From assembly GCF_963921235.1 (NCBI RefSeq), contig NC_086097.1:177384001-177448000 (forward strand): a stretch of 64,000 nt of DNA. The letters are read 5' to 3'. Numbering within the stretch: the first letter of the stretch is position 1; the number at the start of each line of letters is the position of its first letter. Shown here in pieces: positions 35,641 to 48,129 of this stretch. Under the pieces are notes generated by a model that saw only the letters and a list, made by a program, of their open reading frames with translations, did no database searches and was not told where the DNA came from. This stretch comes from Mobula hypostoma (taxonomy: Eukaryota). Both the position numbers and the translations under genes were made by a program.

Positions 35641-38609
35641 GAATAAGCTGATTGGGAGGCAGAAAGGTTGATTGCAAGCAATAGAATCAAAGTACAGGAG
35701 AGTTGAAATCTAATTTTTCTCACTGGTTCTGCACTGTACTCTCTGTACATTGTCCTTTCAGTGCTAATGTCTGCAGCTCTTCAGGTGTCACAATGGGTAA
35801 TTGCTCATTGCAAAACCAGCCGTCCTGTGAATCAAGCTGCAGTATGTCTGGGTTAATTGACCACCTCTCCTGGACACGCTGACCCTGTGCAGGTTAAACC
35901 TTGAATCATTTAATTATTTCCTTACTGAGCAACTCAGCTGAAACCACAAGTGAGTGCTCTCAGTCCTTGGTCAGTTTGCTGGCATTTAGTGTAGTTTGTT
36001 GTGCTCATAGAATGTGCACACTCTATTTTACTCAGATGGTTTGTTTTATAATGATGTTGAAATGATACAGGTCTTGGTGGGCAGATGGTTCTGAATCTAA
36101 ACCAGGCTTCTACACAAGGGGTCAATCCTTCAGCCCGAAAGAGAGATTCTTTTGCATGGTTCAGTATTTCACCTAAGAGTGCTGTGGAGGTTCCAGTTCA
36201 GTGGTACATTCAAAGTGGAGATCAGTGGATTTCATTTACAGGTTGAAGGAATCAAAGTATTAAGTGGCAGTTGTAAGAAAATAAACCTGAAGTAAAATAT
36301 TACCCTTAAAGGTGGTAGGAAGAAAGCTGAAAGGAGATGTGTGGAGTTTTTTAGTCAGGTGGGTGCATCGAATGGGCTACTGGAGTGCAGGTGGCAGCAG
36401 ATGCAATGGTGGTGTTCAAGAGGCATTTAGTCAGGAACAGGCAGGAAATGGAGGGGTACGAATCATGTGCACGCTAAGGAATTGGGCATGATGGTAGGGC
36501 AACCCCGTGCTGTGTGACCTACGATCTTCATTTTTGGAATGGATGCATGGTTCTTCCCTTTCCTGAATAAGTGATAACCTCCTGCTCTTCTGTATGCAGC
36601 TCGGGCCTCCTCAAGGAGAACTGTGCAAGCTTTGGAAGCAGTGCAGAGAATGTTCATCAGGTTGATTCTGCAGGTGAGGTGGGGGGCCATGTTAGCCTAA
36701 GAGGAGAGACTAAGTCGGCTGAGACTAGGAAAGGCTGAGCAAGCTAGGGCTTTGCTCTTCAGAGTGAAGGAGGATGTGGCTTGACTTGATAGAGGTGTAT
36801 GCGATGTTCAGAAGCTGGCGATCTACAGTGTACAGCCAGAGGACCCCTCTTCCCCCCGCCCCACCAGGGCAGAATGGATAATATGAGAGGGCATAATTTT
36901 AAAGTGATTGGAGGACAGTATGGGAGGGAGTGCAGAACTTTTCCGCAGAGTAGTGGATGGTGGCGGTAGATCCAGATACATTAGGGACATTTCGGAGAAT
37001 ATTAGATAGTCACAGGAATGGATGAAAAATAGAGAGCTATGTGGAGGGGGTGGGGGGGTGGATGATAAATTGATCTTGTGGGTTGAAGGCCTGTACTGTT
37101 ATGTTCTTTGCTGGAATTCAGAAGACTGGGTGGAGATCTTGTAGAAACGTCTGAAATGGTGAAGGGGATAGATAAGAGCGAGGCAGGAATGAGCAGCATG
37201 GTAGTTCACGTTATGCAATTACCATGCCAGCAATTTCCCATCTGGGATTTTGTACAATGGCCTGTGGCCATGTGGGTTTCCTTCCACATTCCACAGACGT
37301 ACAGTTAGGATTGGTTAGTTTTGGGCATGTTATAGACACTTGCCCCCAGCACAATTGTCCGATTTGATTTTTACTTGACACTAACAATGCGATTCACAGT
37401 ACGTATATTTTGATGTGCATGTGGCATGAAGATACTCTTGTTTTAAATTTTTTTTTAACAAAAATGTTGGTTCCATGGGTAGATGAGACTAGAACTAGGA
37501 GATACTGCCTCAGGATTTGGGGTAGATTTAGGATAGAGAGGAGGAAGAGGAATTGCTTTTCACAGTAGTGAATCTGTGGGATTCTTTGAGCAGGGAAGTC
37601 GAGACTACCTCAATAAATATGTTTAAGGCAGATTTTTGTATAATGGAGAAATTAGGGGTTATGGAGAAAAAGCAGGTAGACGGAGCAGAGTCCATAGCTG
37701 GATCCTTAGTGATTTTATTGATGGTGGAGCAGGCTCAACAGGCTAAATGCTCCTATTTCTTAGTTTCTTGTATACTTTGAGCCAAGAGCATGGAGCTTGC
37801 TTGGTTGTTGGACTCCAGTTGGCTCTATGATGGGGGGGGGGCGGTGTTGTTGGTGTTTGGTTGGAGTGGGGCAGGCGGAAGGAAGTTTGGGTGGTACAGA
37901 AACAATAGCGTGAAGCAGATGGGCTGAACTGACTGTATCACATCATAGGCATTTAGATGTGACTGTACCATGAGTCAAGCGCAGCACTTTTGTGTCGCTG
38001 GAAGAAGCTGCACTTTTTCGAAAAGAGAGCTGAGTTTGGATGAGTCGCCTCGCCTATCTCGCTAACCCTTTGTTTCGCACCCTCCCCCACCATCACCACA
38101 CCTCACTGGAAACCGTTATTGTCGTCAGCAGCACTCTGCTTAATTTGTGCAAACCCATGTTTTAGAATAACAAACCAAGTGAGGCATTGTGTGTTTGCAC
38201 AGTTTTTCTAATCGCGCGCAGATAACAGTGTCACGTCGCACCCACTCAAGGACTGAAATCTAGCTGCTCCTGCTTTATTTCATTCCCTGGCTGTCTGACG
38301 ACAGGGCAGGTCACAGAGAAGGAATTAAAAATGCCGCACATATTTCCGTGCTTTGCAGTGATTGCAGAGTAGCCGCTATCAGCCCCTTGTGAAATTCCAC
38401 ACAGTGGCTCAAAAGCGTGAGCAAACTAATGACTGAGGCAGGGATTACAAATCCTTTGCACAGAGATAATCCTCCAGTTCCTGCTGATGAGGCAATGTTA
38501 GCGCGGCAACAAAAACACGGCATTAACTGTGAATAAAATCAAAGTTTGTGCTTGAAATTTGTTGTCCTAATCATTAGTATGATAAGATGTTAGTTGGTTA
38601 CATTCGGGG

Positions 38610-39370
38610 AAACACATTATCTTGGCGATGAGGTGGTGCACAGGAATGAGATAGATGTTGGCTGGCTGAGTGGTGACGTGATAACGACTTCACACTCAGT
38701 TTTAGCAGGACCAAAGAATTGATGAGCTGCAGGTAGGGGAATTCAGGAGAACGCACGCTAGTGCCCTTTGGAGGTCTGTGGTAGAAAGGGTGAGCAGCTT
38801 TAAGCATCTGTGTGTTAACATCTTCAAGGATTTATCCTGGGCCCAACATAGGCAATAATGAAGGCACGCCAGTGGCTCGACTTTTGTTAGGAGTTTGAGA
38901 TTTGATATGTCGCCTGAGACTTGCAAAGTTATACACATGTATGATGGAGAGCATTTTGGTTGCATCACAGCCTGTTATGGACACTCCAACGCACAGGATG
39001 GCAAGAGACGGTAGTGACAGTTGTAGACTCGGTCAGCTCCATCATAAGCGTCATCCCACCCATTATCAATGACATGTTCAAAAGGTGCCTGGAGAAGGTG
39101 GCATCCATCACTAAGAACCCTCACCACCTGGGACATGCCATCTTTGTGTTACTACCATCAGGGAGGAGGTACAGGAGCATAAAGACCCCCACACAACAAT
39201 GTAAACACAGCTTCTTTCTCTCCACCATCACATATCTGAACAATGCATCAACCTTGATATTCCTCTTTGCGCTCTTTTTGTAATTTATAATTTTGTCTCC
39301 ATGCTGTACTGCTGTAAAATAACAAAATTCCTGTCACATAAAGCAGTAATAATAACTTGATTCTGATTCT
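38610..39370 (+). mobile_element. Rex1/Babar-like LINE RT C-terminal region and 3' UTR
   Basis: RTKEL, VERVSSFKHLCVNI..DLSWAQH, KVASITKNPHHLGHAIFVLLPSGRRYRSIKT; (ATTCTG)n tail at ~39360. Confidence 0.8.
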
Positions 39371-41416
39371 TTCAGACAAGAAGATCTACAAACAGGAAAG
39401 ATCCCTTAACTGGGCGAGACATGGTTAATGATTTAGGCAAGCTGTTAAAATTCATGGCAGTTCATTGCTTAGTCCTGTAACCATCTATTTCCATTCGGAT
39501 AAAGGTTGTGGGTCAAAAATTGGGTCCTTATAAAAACATGACAATCTAGATAATAGTTTAAAAAAACATATTCTGCCAATTGTTCATTGATTGACCTTGA
39601 GATATTAGTCAGAATTGGGTTAAGAGTTTAAAATAATTTTAAGTTTGCATCAAAATTTCCATGTTTAATTGTATGCAGGATTAGTTGATGGAAAAATGCA
39701 GCTAATGCTTATCTCACCTACTCCAAAATAATTGCTCATCAATCCAACGTAGAGCTGTTTTTGATCCTGGTTACTAACCCTAAAACAACAATATTCTGCC
39801 AGCTACTCATTTTGTTGGAAGCTGTTTCTTTCATGAGCTAATGAAGATTATACAGCTTAGAGAGAGGCCCTTCAGCCCACTGTTTGTGACTATCAAGCAC
39901 CAGTTACACTGATTTCCCATCAATTCCCCCGGTTCTATCACTTGCCTACAGAATCAGCCCTATTTATAGCAGTCAATTAACTTGACATCTGCACATTCTT
40001 GGGACGTGTTTGGAAACCGGAGCCCCTGGGGTCCAGGGGAGAATTTACAAACTCCACAGAGATAGTACTGGAGGTCAGGATGGCTGCAGCTGTGTGGCAT
40101 CAGCTCTGCTAGTTAGCCATCCTAATTAGTGAACCTTGACCCTTGTATGAGTGTTATTATAAGTGATACTCTGGTTCTACCTTCCCTATCGCTCCATTCA
40201 ATGACAAAGAATAAAACTGCCAGTGTTTTCATGAAACTTTGCATTTAATAGTTTAACATAGCTTGTGGGAATGTTTCCAGAGTATTACAAAGGCAGAGGA
40301 TTGGGCATTTCAACAAAACTGAGGATGTTTTCAAGAGCTGGTGCCTTGGGAAGACAGCTTCCATCACTAAGGACTCTAATACGGCCGAAGTCTTGCTACT
40401 ACCTTTGGGAGGAATCAGGGGAGCACAAGACTCACTCAGGCTCCCCTCCTCACTGCCAACAATGTAACCAAGCTTGAATGGGAAATAAGCAGGTTTTATT
40501 TATTCACACGCAGTGCCGTAAATCAGCCAGTGCCATTAACGTTGCTTATTCAAAATGATGTACATAGAATATGGTCATTCCATGCAAATAGCGGAGTTCC
40601 TCCAGCATTTTGTGTGTGTGTTGCTTGGATTTCCAGCATCTGCAGATTTTCTCCTGTTTGAAATTTTATGTCACGCGACTCTGTGATAAATCTGATTCTG
40701 AGCTATTTGAAATGGGCAAATCACTGTGTACTACTCTAATGAGGTCTTTTTGAGACAATTATTGGCAGGGTAGGAACATGAATGATGCACTGGCTGTAGA
40801 TGAAGGGTTTCCACCCCTTTTTTTTCATGCCATGGACCTCTAGCATTAACTGAGCGTTCCAGGTTAGGACCCCTAGTACAGAGGAAGTGCAACAATTCAA
40901 GAGACTGCTTCTAGAGAGACTGGGGCTGTAGTCTAATTCTTCTCTAGAGGCGATCTCATTGAAACAAGCAAAATTCTTTAAGAGCTGGACAAACTACATG
41001 CAATGGAGATATTTTATGTGGCTGAAGAGCTTCGGCATCTGACATATGGTTTGAAAATCAGGACCAAGGCAGTTAGGATTGGGATGTGGTCATGATTTTT
41101 TTCCACTCAGCATGGTGTATATTGGAAATCTGTACCTTGGATGGTTGTGGCGTTTTGGTGATCCTGTTCTTTCAGAACTGGATCTCTGGATCCAGAGTAA
41201 GTGTCTGGACATCAAGGGAAGCGGGGATAGGTCAGTAAGATTGGGCTATGCTAGATGATCAGATATGATCCTGGTGACTTGCTGATCAGGTTTGCAGGGT
41301 AGATGGGCAACTGCTCTCAGTTTGCTGATGAAATGTGGGTGATGGGATTTGCTTAATCTTTTTAAACTTTTGAAAGTAAACAGCTCCTCCCTAGCCAGTC
41401 ACCGCATGAGTGCGTG

Positions 41417-41657
41417 CACACAATGCTGAAGGAACCCAGCAAGTCAGGCAGCATGTATGGAGGGAAATAAACAGTCAATGCTTCAGGCTAAGTCCCTTTG
41501 TAAAGATTGAGTCATAAGTCCCAATGAAGGGTCTTGGACCAAAACGCCAGCTGTTTATTCTTCTCCATAGAAGCTGTCTGACCTGCTGAGTTCCTTCTCA
41601 AACATTACTCAAGACTGACTTGCTCAAGTTTTCCAGTATCTGCAGAATTTCCTGTTT
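41417..41657. mobile_element. Inverted pair of Penelope-like terminal-repeat fragments with decayed hammerhead motifs
   Basis: Left arm GGAACCCAGCAAGTCAGGCAGCATGTATGGAGGGAAATAAACAGTC mirrors right arm GCTGTTTATTCTTCTCCATAGAAGCTGTCTGACCTGCTGAGTTCC; centre ~41512. Confidence 0.7.
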
Positions 41658-42415
41658 CTATTCTGTGAAGCTACATGTTCTTCTCATCCACGCCTGTAAC
41701 ATCACTGGGCTTCATTGCCCCAACACCCTCACGGTTGACATCCAATGTCCCTGTCTCGTGAGCATGAAGCCAGCCAGAACTTCATTGTCTTTGTTCTCAG
41801 TCACCCAGCATTCCTTTCATCATAGTTGCTCACGGCATGGTCCAGAGTTGGTGGGTAATGCAATGTACAATTTGATCTTTCGGACCTCCAGACTTGTCTG
41901 GAAGGTATTTCCTTTGGCTCCATGACCAAGTTGAGATTGTAACTAGATTTCTCTATCACTTGTCCGTCTGTGATATTGTCTTTGTTTGTTAGTGTTTTTG
42001 TTATCCCCTTTTCCCACTGCCAGGCTTGCTTATACAGTATAGGAACAGGCCCTTTGGCCCAACTGGCTTATGCCAACCAAGGATCCCATCGAAGATGTCA
42101 CATTTCCTTGGATTTAGCTCCCATTGTTCTCAGCCTTTTCCATCTATGTACTTGTCCAATTATCTTTTAAATGTCATTAATGCCCCTGCGTCAATCATTC
42201 CCCTGGTAGCTCCTTCCATATATTGACCACCCCCTGGGTGAAAAAGTTGCCCCCAGTTCCCCTCTCCTCTCAAACTTATATTTTCTAGTATTTGATTCCC
42301 TAGCTGGGTAAAAGGACTGTCCATTCACTCTTTCTATGCCTCTTGTGACTGAATACACCTATTAAGCTCACCCTTCAGTTTCTTATACTAAAATGATGAA
42401 TAAAGTCCCAGCCTG

Positions 42416-42555
42416 CTCCCCCCCTCTCCCCCCTCTCCCCCCTCTCCCCCCTCTCCCCCCTCCCCCCCTCTCCCCCCTCCCCCCCCTCCCCCCCCCCCCC
42501 CCTCCCCCCTCTCCCCCCTCTCCCCCCCCCCCCTCTCCCCCTCCCCCTCTCCCCC
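42416..42555. repeat. C-rich (CCCCCTCTC-like)n pyrimidine tract
   Basis: About 140 nt made only of C and T, at the end of a minus-strand CR1 fragment (~42035-42415). Confidence 0.95.
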
Positions 42556-43339
42556 AGTCAGTCCTATGCTTTGCATTTTGCAGCTCCTTCCTCCTTTCAC
42601 TTATGTTTATTTTTGGTGTGTTCTGACCCCTAACTGCTGCTGTTCACTTATGAATCAGATAACCCTGTGTACAGCTTGTCCCTGTGATCACCCCGCCAGC
42701 TCCAAAATCTTCCTTTGCCTCCTTCCCAGTTCTGACATCCTGAAACATCAACTCTTGTTTTCCTCCCCACAGAAGCTGCCTGACCTGCCATGCAACTTCC
42801 TCCATTTTCTCCTTTTAATTAGCGCCTGCAGTTTTTGTTTCTGTGTTTATTTTTTGGGGAGCTGGAGCAGGCTTGACAGAGGAGAGGGGCTGAATGACTG
42901 CCTTTGGTGATGTGCCTCCAGTGCAGAGATGCAGTTCTGATGGGTCACTTTCCCTGCTGACGGCGAAATCTGTTGGGCAATTTATTGCCATATGGTGTGC
43001 CTGCTGCTCTAATCACACACTGCACACAGCCACACTCTGCTGGCTGTGTTCTCATCTCAATGCGACCTCGGTGTGGAAAAATACAAATTCTGCAGTTTGC
43101 TTGGCTGACAGATCGTTGGCCAGACTTGGTGAATCAGGTGCAGGCTGTTGAAAACCAAACTGATTCGGCAGTGCATACTCTCTTGTGCTCTGAATCTCTG
43201 CAGCAGCCTGTGATTTCTGCTCTTCAGGACTGCTTTTTCCTATCAGACAGGAAAATATCATTTGCTTTAAACCAGGATGCTCAAAAGAGCAACTTAAGAA
43301 CATTATTGCTTCATCAATTTGAGAATTGAGTATAAAAAT

Positions 43340-43915
43340 TGAGATTCTGCAGATGCTGGAAATCTTGAGCAACGCACACAGTGCTAGAGGAACTCAGCTG
43401 GTCAGGTGGCATCTATGGAGGGAAATAAGCAGCATGGTTTTCTTTCAGAATCCCTTCATCGGGACTGGAAAGGAAGGGAGTAGAAGCCAGAATCAGGTGG
43501 GGAGAGGAAAGAGTACAAGCTGGCAGGTGATAGGTAAGATCAAGTGAGGGATGATGTGAGAAGTTGAAGGTGATAGGTGGAAGAGGTAAGGGGCTGAAGA
43601 AGGAAGTTGAGAGGATCGTGGACAGTGGAAGGAGGAGGGGAATCAAATGTAGGTGATTTGCCAGGTAAGGAGAAGAGGAGGGGTGAGAGGATAACCAGCT
43701 TGCTGGAGGGTCTGATCAACTTGGGCATCGTCAATGGAGGAAATGAACATTCAGCATTTTGTGCCGAAGCCCTTCATCAGGACTAGAAATAGGGCACAAA
43801 GCCAGAATAAAATGATGGGCAGGGGGAAGGAGAGTGAGTTGGTGGGTGGGAAGGGGTGAAGTGGGAATGATAAAGGCTTGGGAGGTGATTGGTGGAGGGG
43901 GCATAGGTTGGATTG
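43340..43915 (-). mobile_element. Two Penelope-like terminal-repeat fragments
   Basis: GATTCTGCAGATGCTGGAAATC...CCCTTCATCGGGACTGG (43340-43470) and GCCCTTCATCAGGACTAG (~43770-43786), each followed by a G/A-rich segment. Confidence 0.65.
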
Positions 43916-45334
43916 GGAAACCTGTGATCTACTTTTTGTGCATGAAACTGAAAAGTAATGTGTTTTTCCCATGGTGAGACATTAAAAGGCACCTTAATGT
44001 CTCCTGCATTGTGACATTGCTGATGTGACAGGCAATACGAAGGCAAATAGGTTTATTTCAAGACGATTTGAATACAAGAGTAAAGATGTTCTGAGCTCTG
44101 AGCCCATGCCTAGAGTACCATGGATTTGTTTATTACTGTCACACGTCATGAGGGACAGAGAATCTCAGAGCAATACCGCTCCATTGCATTGCAACACCTG
44201 TTACAGGTGTTGTCATCATGTATACTGAGACGCTGTAGAAAAGCTTCTGTGTGCCATCCAAGCAGATCATTCCACACGTAAGTACATTGAGGTGATCAAA
44301 AAAAAATGCACTCCAGAGAGAGTGCAGGTAGACAGTAAGGTGCAGAGGCCAAGATGAAATGGACTGAGAGATCAAGAGCTCATCTCTTAGCGTGAGAGTC
44401 CTGTTTAATAGTATGGTCTAATAATATTGGGATGGAAGCTATCCTTGAGCTTTTGTATCTTCTGCTTGATGGGGGGGAAGGAAGAGAGTAATCCTGGTGG
44501 GGGGGGGGTTCTTTGATTATTTTAGCTGCTTTCCTGAGACAGTAGGCAAATGTTTGGTAATTCTTAATCTTAGGGTTGTGATTTAAAAGGATAGAATAAT
44601 TTCATATATGCAATGAAAGAATTTGGGGACAGATTGCAAAGAGACACAACACTCCTACAGTTTTGCCCTCATTACGTTAAAGGAGAGAATGTACCTGCCA
44701 TTCAGGGGGAGACAATGATATGTCCGACTGGTTCCTGGCATGTTGGGTTTGCTGTTTGATGAGATCTTGAGTAGGACTCTGTCTCCTTCTCGTCTATAAA
44801 AATGAGAGGGGATGTGAAATGTATAAAGTTATTCCAGGTTTTAATTAGCCTACACAGTAACACAAAAGACGAAACCCCCTTACACAGGGCTTGTGGGATA
44901 AATATCCAGGGGATGTTTTTCCAGGACTGACATCTGGATCCAAGTGTCACAGTCAGACTGCAACCTGAAACGAGGGGCAATTTCATCACTCTGAGCTGAA
45001 GAAGCTCTGGCGGATTGCATTCAAAGTGGGATCGTGAAGCAGTGGAATTCGGGGTTAAAGAAAGAGAATGGAGCGGAGGTAAAAGGTCAGTCTTGATCAT
45101 GAAGAAGTGCTCTGGATGGTCTACTCAAGGGGCTTGTGTTAATGCCTGTTCTCTGGTGAATGCACTGTTGGGAGGAAGACCACAAGGCTACTTCCCTATG
45201 ATCCTGTCCCTTGCTCATCACCACAAAATGGGTGTCATGGGGCCATTATCAGATTGCTGTTCTACAGGAGCTTGTTCTGCAGAAATCAGCTGACTGGAGC
45301 ACTGCATTATCTGGGAAGTATTTCTGGCAGGTTG

Positions 45335-45640
45335 TAGTGTAGAAGTTAGCACATCACTATAGTTCTAGTAATTACTGATGAGGTTCGATTCCTGCCGCTA
45401 CCCGCAAGAAATTTGTACATTCTTCCTGTGACCACATAGATTTCTTCCAGGTGGCCTGGTTTCTTCTCGCATCACAACAATGTATAGGTGAGAGCTTGAG
45501 TTTGTGGGCATACAATGCTGGTGCTCGAAGCATGGCAGCACTTGCAGACTGCCCAGCAAAATCCTCACTGACTTGATGTAAGCAATGCATTTCAAAAAGG
45601 TCATCTGTTTGGATGATCCGAGATGACACAGAGAACTATA
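45335..45640 (+). mobile_element. V-SINE-like element
   Basis: B-box GGTTCGATTCC (~45382), then TTTGTACATTCTTCCTGTGACC...GGTTTCTTCTCGCAT central domain. Confidence 0.65.
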
Positions 45641-47172
45641 GAAAGACATAGATTTATTTGTTTAAAACTCCCAAAATCCTAACACTGATGACGTAGTTAA
45701 TCAGCTATCTTTCACATCTCCCTCTCTAGTTTGCTGTTCGATTATACATCTGCAAAGTGCCTTTTAGGGCATTTTTTAAAAAAAAACAGGCACTGTATAC
45801 ATTTAAAGTTTTATGTTGTCAATTTGTATTTCATTATGTAGTAGCACACTGTTTTACCATGTTGACATGAGGTTAGATCAAAAGCCCAAGTGAATCTGGC
45901 ATCATTAATGGTGGTGTTGAAGCCTGGGTTGTCATACTCCATCTGATTTACTGATGTCCTTCCAGAAAGGATACCTGCCAGCCTTACCTATTCTGGTTAG
46001 TATGTAATCCCAGGTCCACCAGAATGGTTGTCTCTGGACTGACAGTCCCTCTTTGTGCATTGGTTCAGAAAGACTAGCAGTATCGCCAGGGGCACCATTC
46101 CCTTTTCTCTCCTCTGCTTTCTGGGAGAAGATACAGGAGCTTGAAAGCCCAGATAATCAGACACAAGACCAGTTTCCCACTCCTATCAGAAGAATGCTTC
46201 CTTCTCACCTTCGTGGTGCAAAGTGGTGCATTGTCTTGTTTTGCAGTCTTTTTTTCCTGCACTGTCTTGTATAATTCATTCTGTGTGATGTCTCTACCTA
46301 CGTGATTGAAATGTTCAAGCAAGTACCTGTACCTCGCTGTACTTGTGCACATGGCAGTGAACTTGACATGACTCAACTGAATCTCCTCAGCTCATTTGTA
46401 ATTGGGAATAGATAGGTGCTCTTATCAGGAGCTGGTGGATGGAGAGATGGCAGACCTAATAACCAGATGTAGTTCTGTCGTAGAGCAGTACAGCACAGAT
46501 ACAGTCTGTTCGGACCACAGTGTCCACCTGGCTAGTCCCAGTTTCCTGCATTCAGCCATATCCCTCTGCCCCTCGTGAACTTATCCAAATGCTTCTAAAA
46601 TGATACGATTGTACCTACTTCAACCACTGGCAGCTCATTCCATCTTCTCGCCACCATCTGTGCGAAAACATTGCCACTCAGGTTCCTTTTACACCTTTTC
46701 CTTCTCACCCCAAGCTCATGCCCCCTAGCTTTAAAACTTTGCCACTCTGGGGAAGACACTGTTACTTACCATCTACCTTATCAATGTCTCTGATAACTTT
46801 AAACATTCCTGCAAGGTTGCCCCTCATTCTCCTATATTCCTAGCAATAAAGACCAACCTTTCTATAGGCAGGTGAGGGAAAAACTATCAAGTACGGCCCT
46901 GTCCTAAATTTGCCCTTTGAATGAATCAATTGCCACTATTCTGTCTTTGAGAAGCAATTGTTATATCAGTGTCAGCGTGTCTGAAAAATGTTGGTCCACT
47001 TAGTGTAATGGTGAACACTGTTACAGGAGCTTGAATCGTCAGTGAAGGCAGCTGTATGACTGGTCTGTGGGGAACTGGTTCTGGTTGGCGAGTGCCCTGT
47101 GTGTGTTTAACTGCATCTCACGCATTGGATCTGCCAACAGCTGCTACTGCTTTTGAAACATTTCCAGTGACT

Positions 47173-47240
47173 TATTAACTAGTTTCCCTGTATGTATATC
47201 TACACACACACAGATATACATACAGGGAAACTAGTTAATA
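47173..47240. repeat. Perfect 29-bp inverted repeat with a 10-nt (AC)5 loop
   Basis: TATTAACTAGTTTCCCTGTATGTATATCT (47173-47201), ACACACACAC, AGATATACATACAGGGAAACTAGTTAATA (47212-47240). Confidence 0.95.
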
Positions 47241-48129
47241 TATATATATCCACATTTCTTTTTGTTTCTAATACCATTCTCAGGACGGTGTTAATCAGAG
47301 GTGAATAAATATTATTTGTAAAAGGGTTGGGTTGGAAGTCAATGATGGTGAAGCATTTTTGTTCAACAGTGAATAACCAAAGATGGATGTGTTTAAATAC
47401 ACATATGCCTTTGTTCCTGTGATCTCAGCTCGACTCTCGCTGACTTAAATCTTGGTACTGATTAACCAGAAAGTTTGTTAAGCATGGGAGTCTCTGGTGT
47501 GCCAAGGATGGGTGCAAGTTATGGGTAGCACAGCTTGGAATGGCTGATTTTTGCTTAAAAAGTAGCAGAGTAGGTCATTTAGAGTTGGAGTTTGGGTAGT
47601 TGTGGAGTTGCAGAACAGTTACAGCAGAGGAACAGGGCCTTAGCTCACCATGTTCGTGCCAGCCAGAATACCAGTCCAAGCTAAGGGGTGGGGGGGTGGG
47701 GGGAGATATGGACCTGCGCAATGCTCATATTCCTCCATTCCCTGCTGGTTTGTATGTCTAATAACTGCTGATTAAATGTACTTTCTTATCTGTTTCTAGC
47801 ACTTTCCATAGCTGCCTGTTTCAGGCACTTGCCACTCTTCCTAAAGAAGAAAGCCCCTACCTCACAGCAATGTGCTGGAGGGACTCTGGTTAAGTAGCAA
47901 CTGTGGGAGGAAACCCTGTACATATCCTTTAAAACTTTTTCAATTAAACTCCGTCCCTTGTAGCCTTAAATGCCCCCCTCTATATTTGACATTTTCATCC
48001 AGTGCAACAAATATGGGTGGGCTCTCTGTCTATGGCTCTCTTAGTCTTATAAACTACTATCAGATACCCCAAAACTTTAGAGAGAACACCCAAGCTTGTC
48101 CAGCCTGTCCTTAAGGCTGATACTCTTTC

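Noticed and set aside
42388..42626. Gly/Glu-rich and Pro-rich ORFs
   Set aside because: Translation of the C/T simple repeat.
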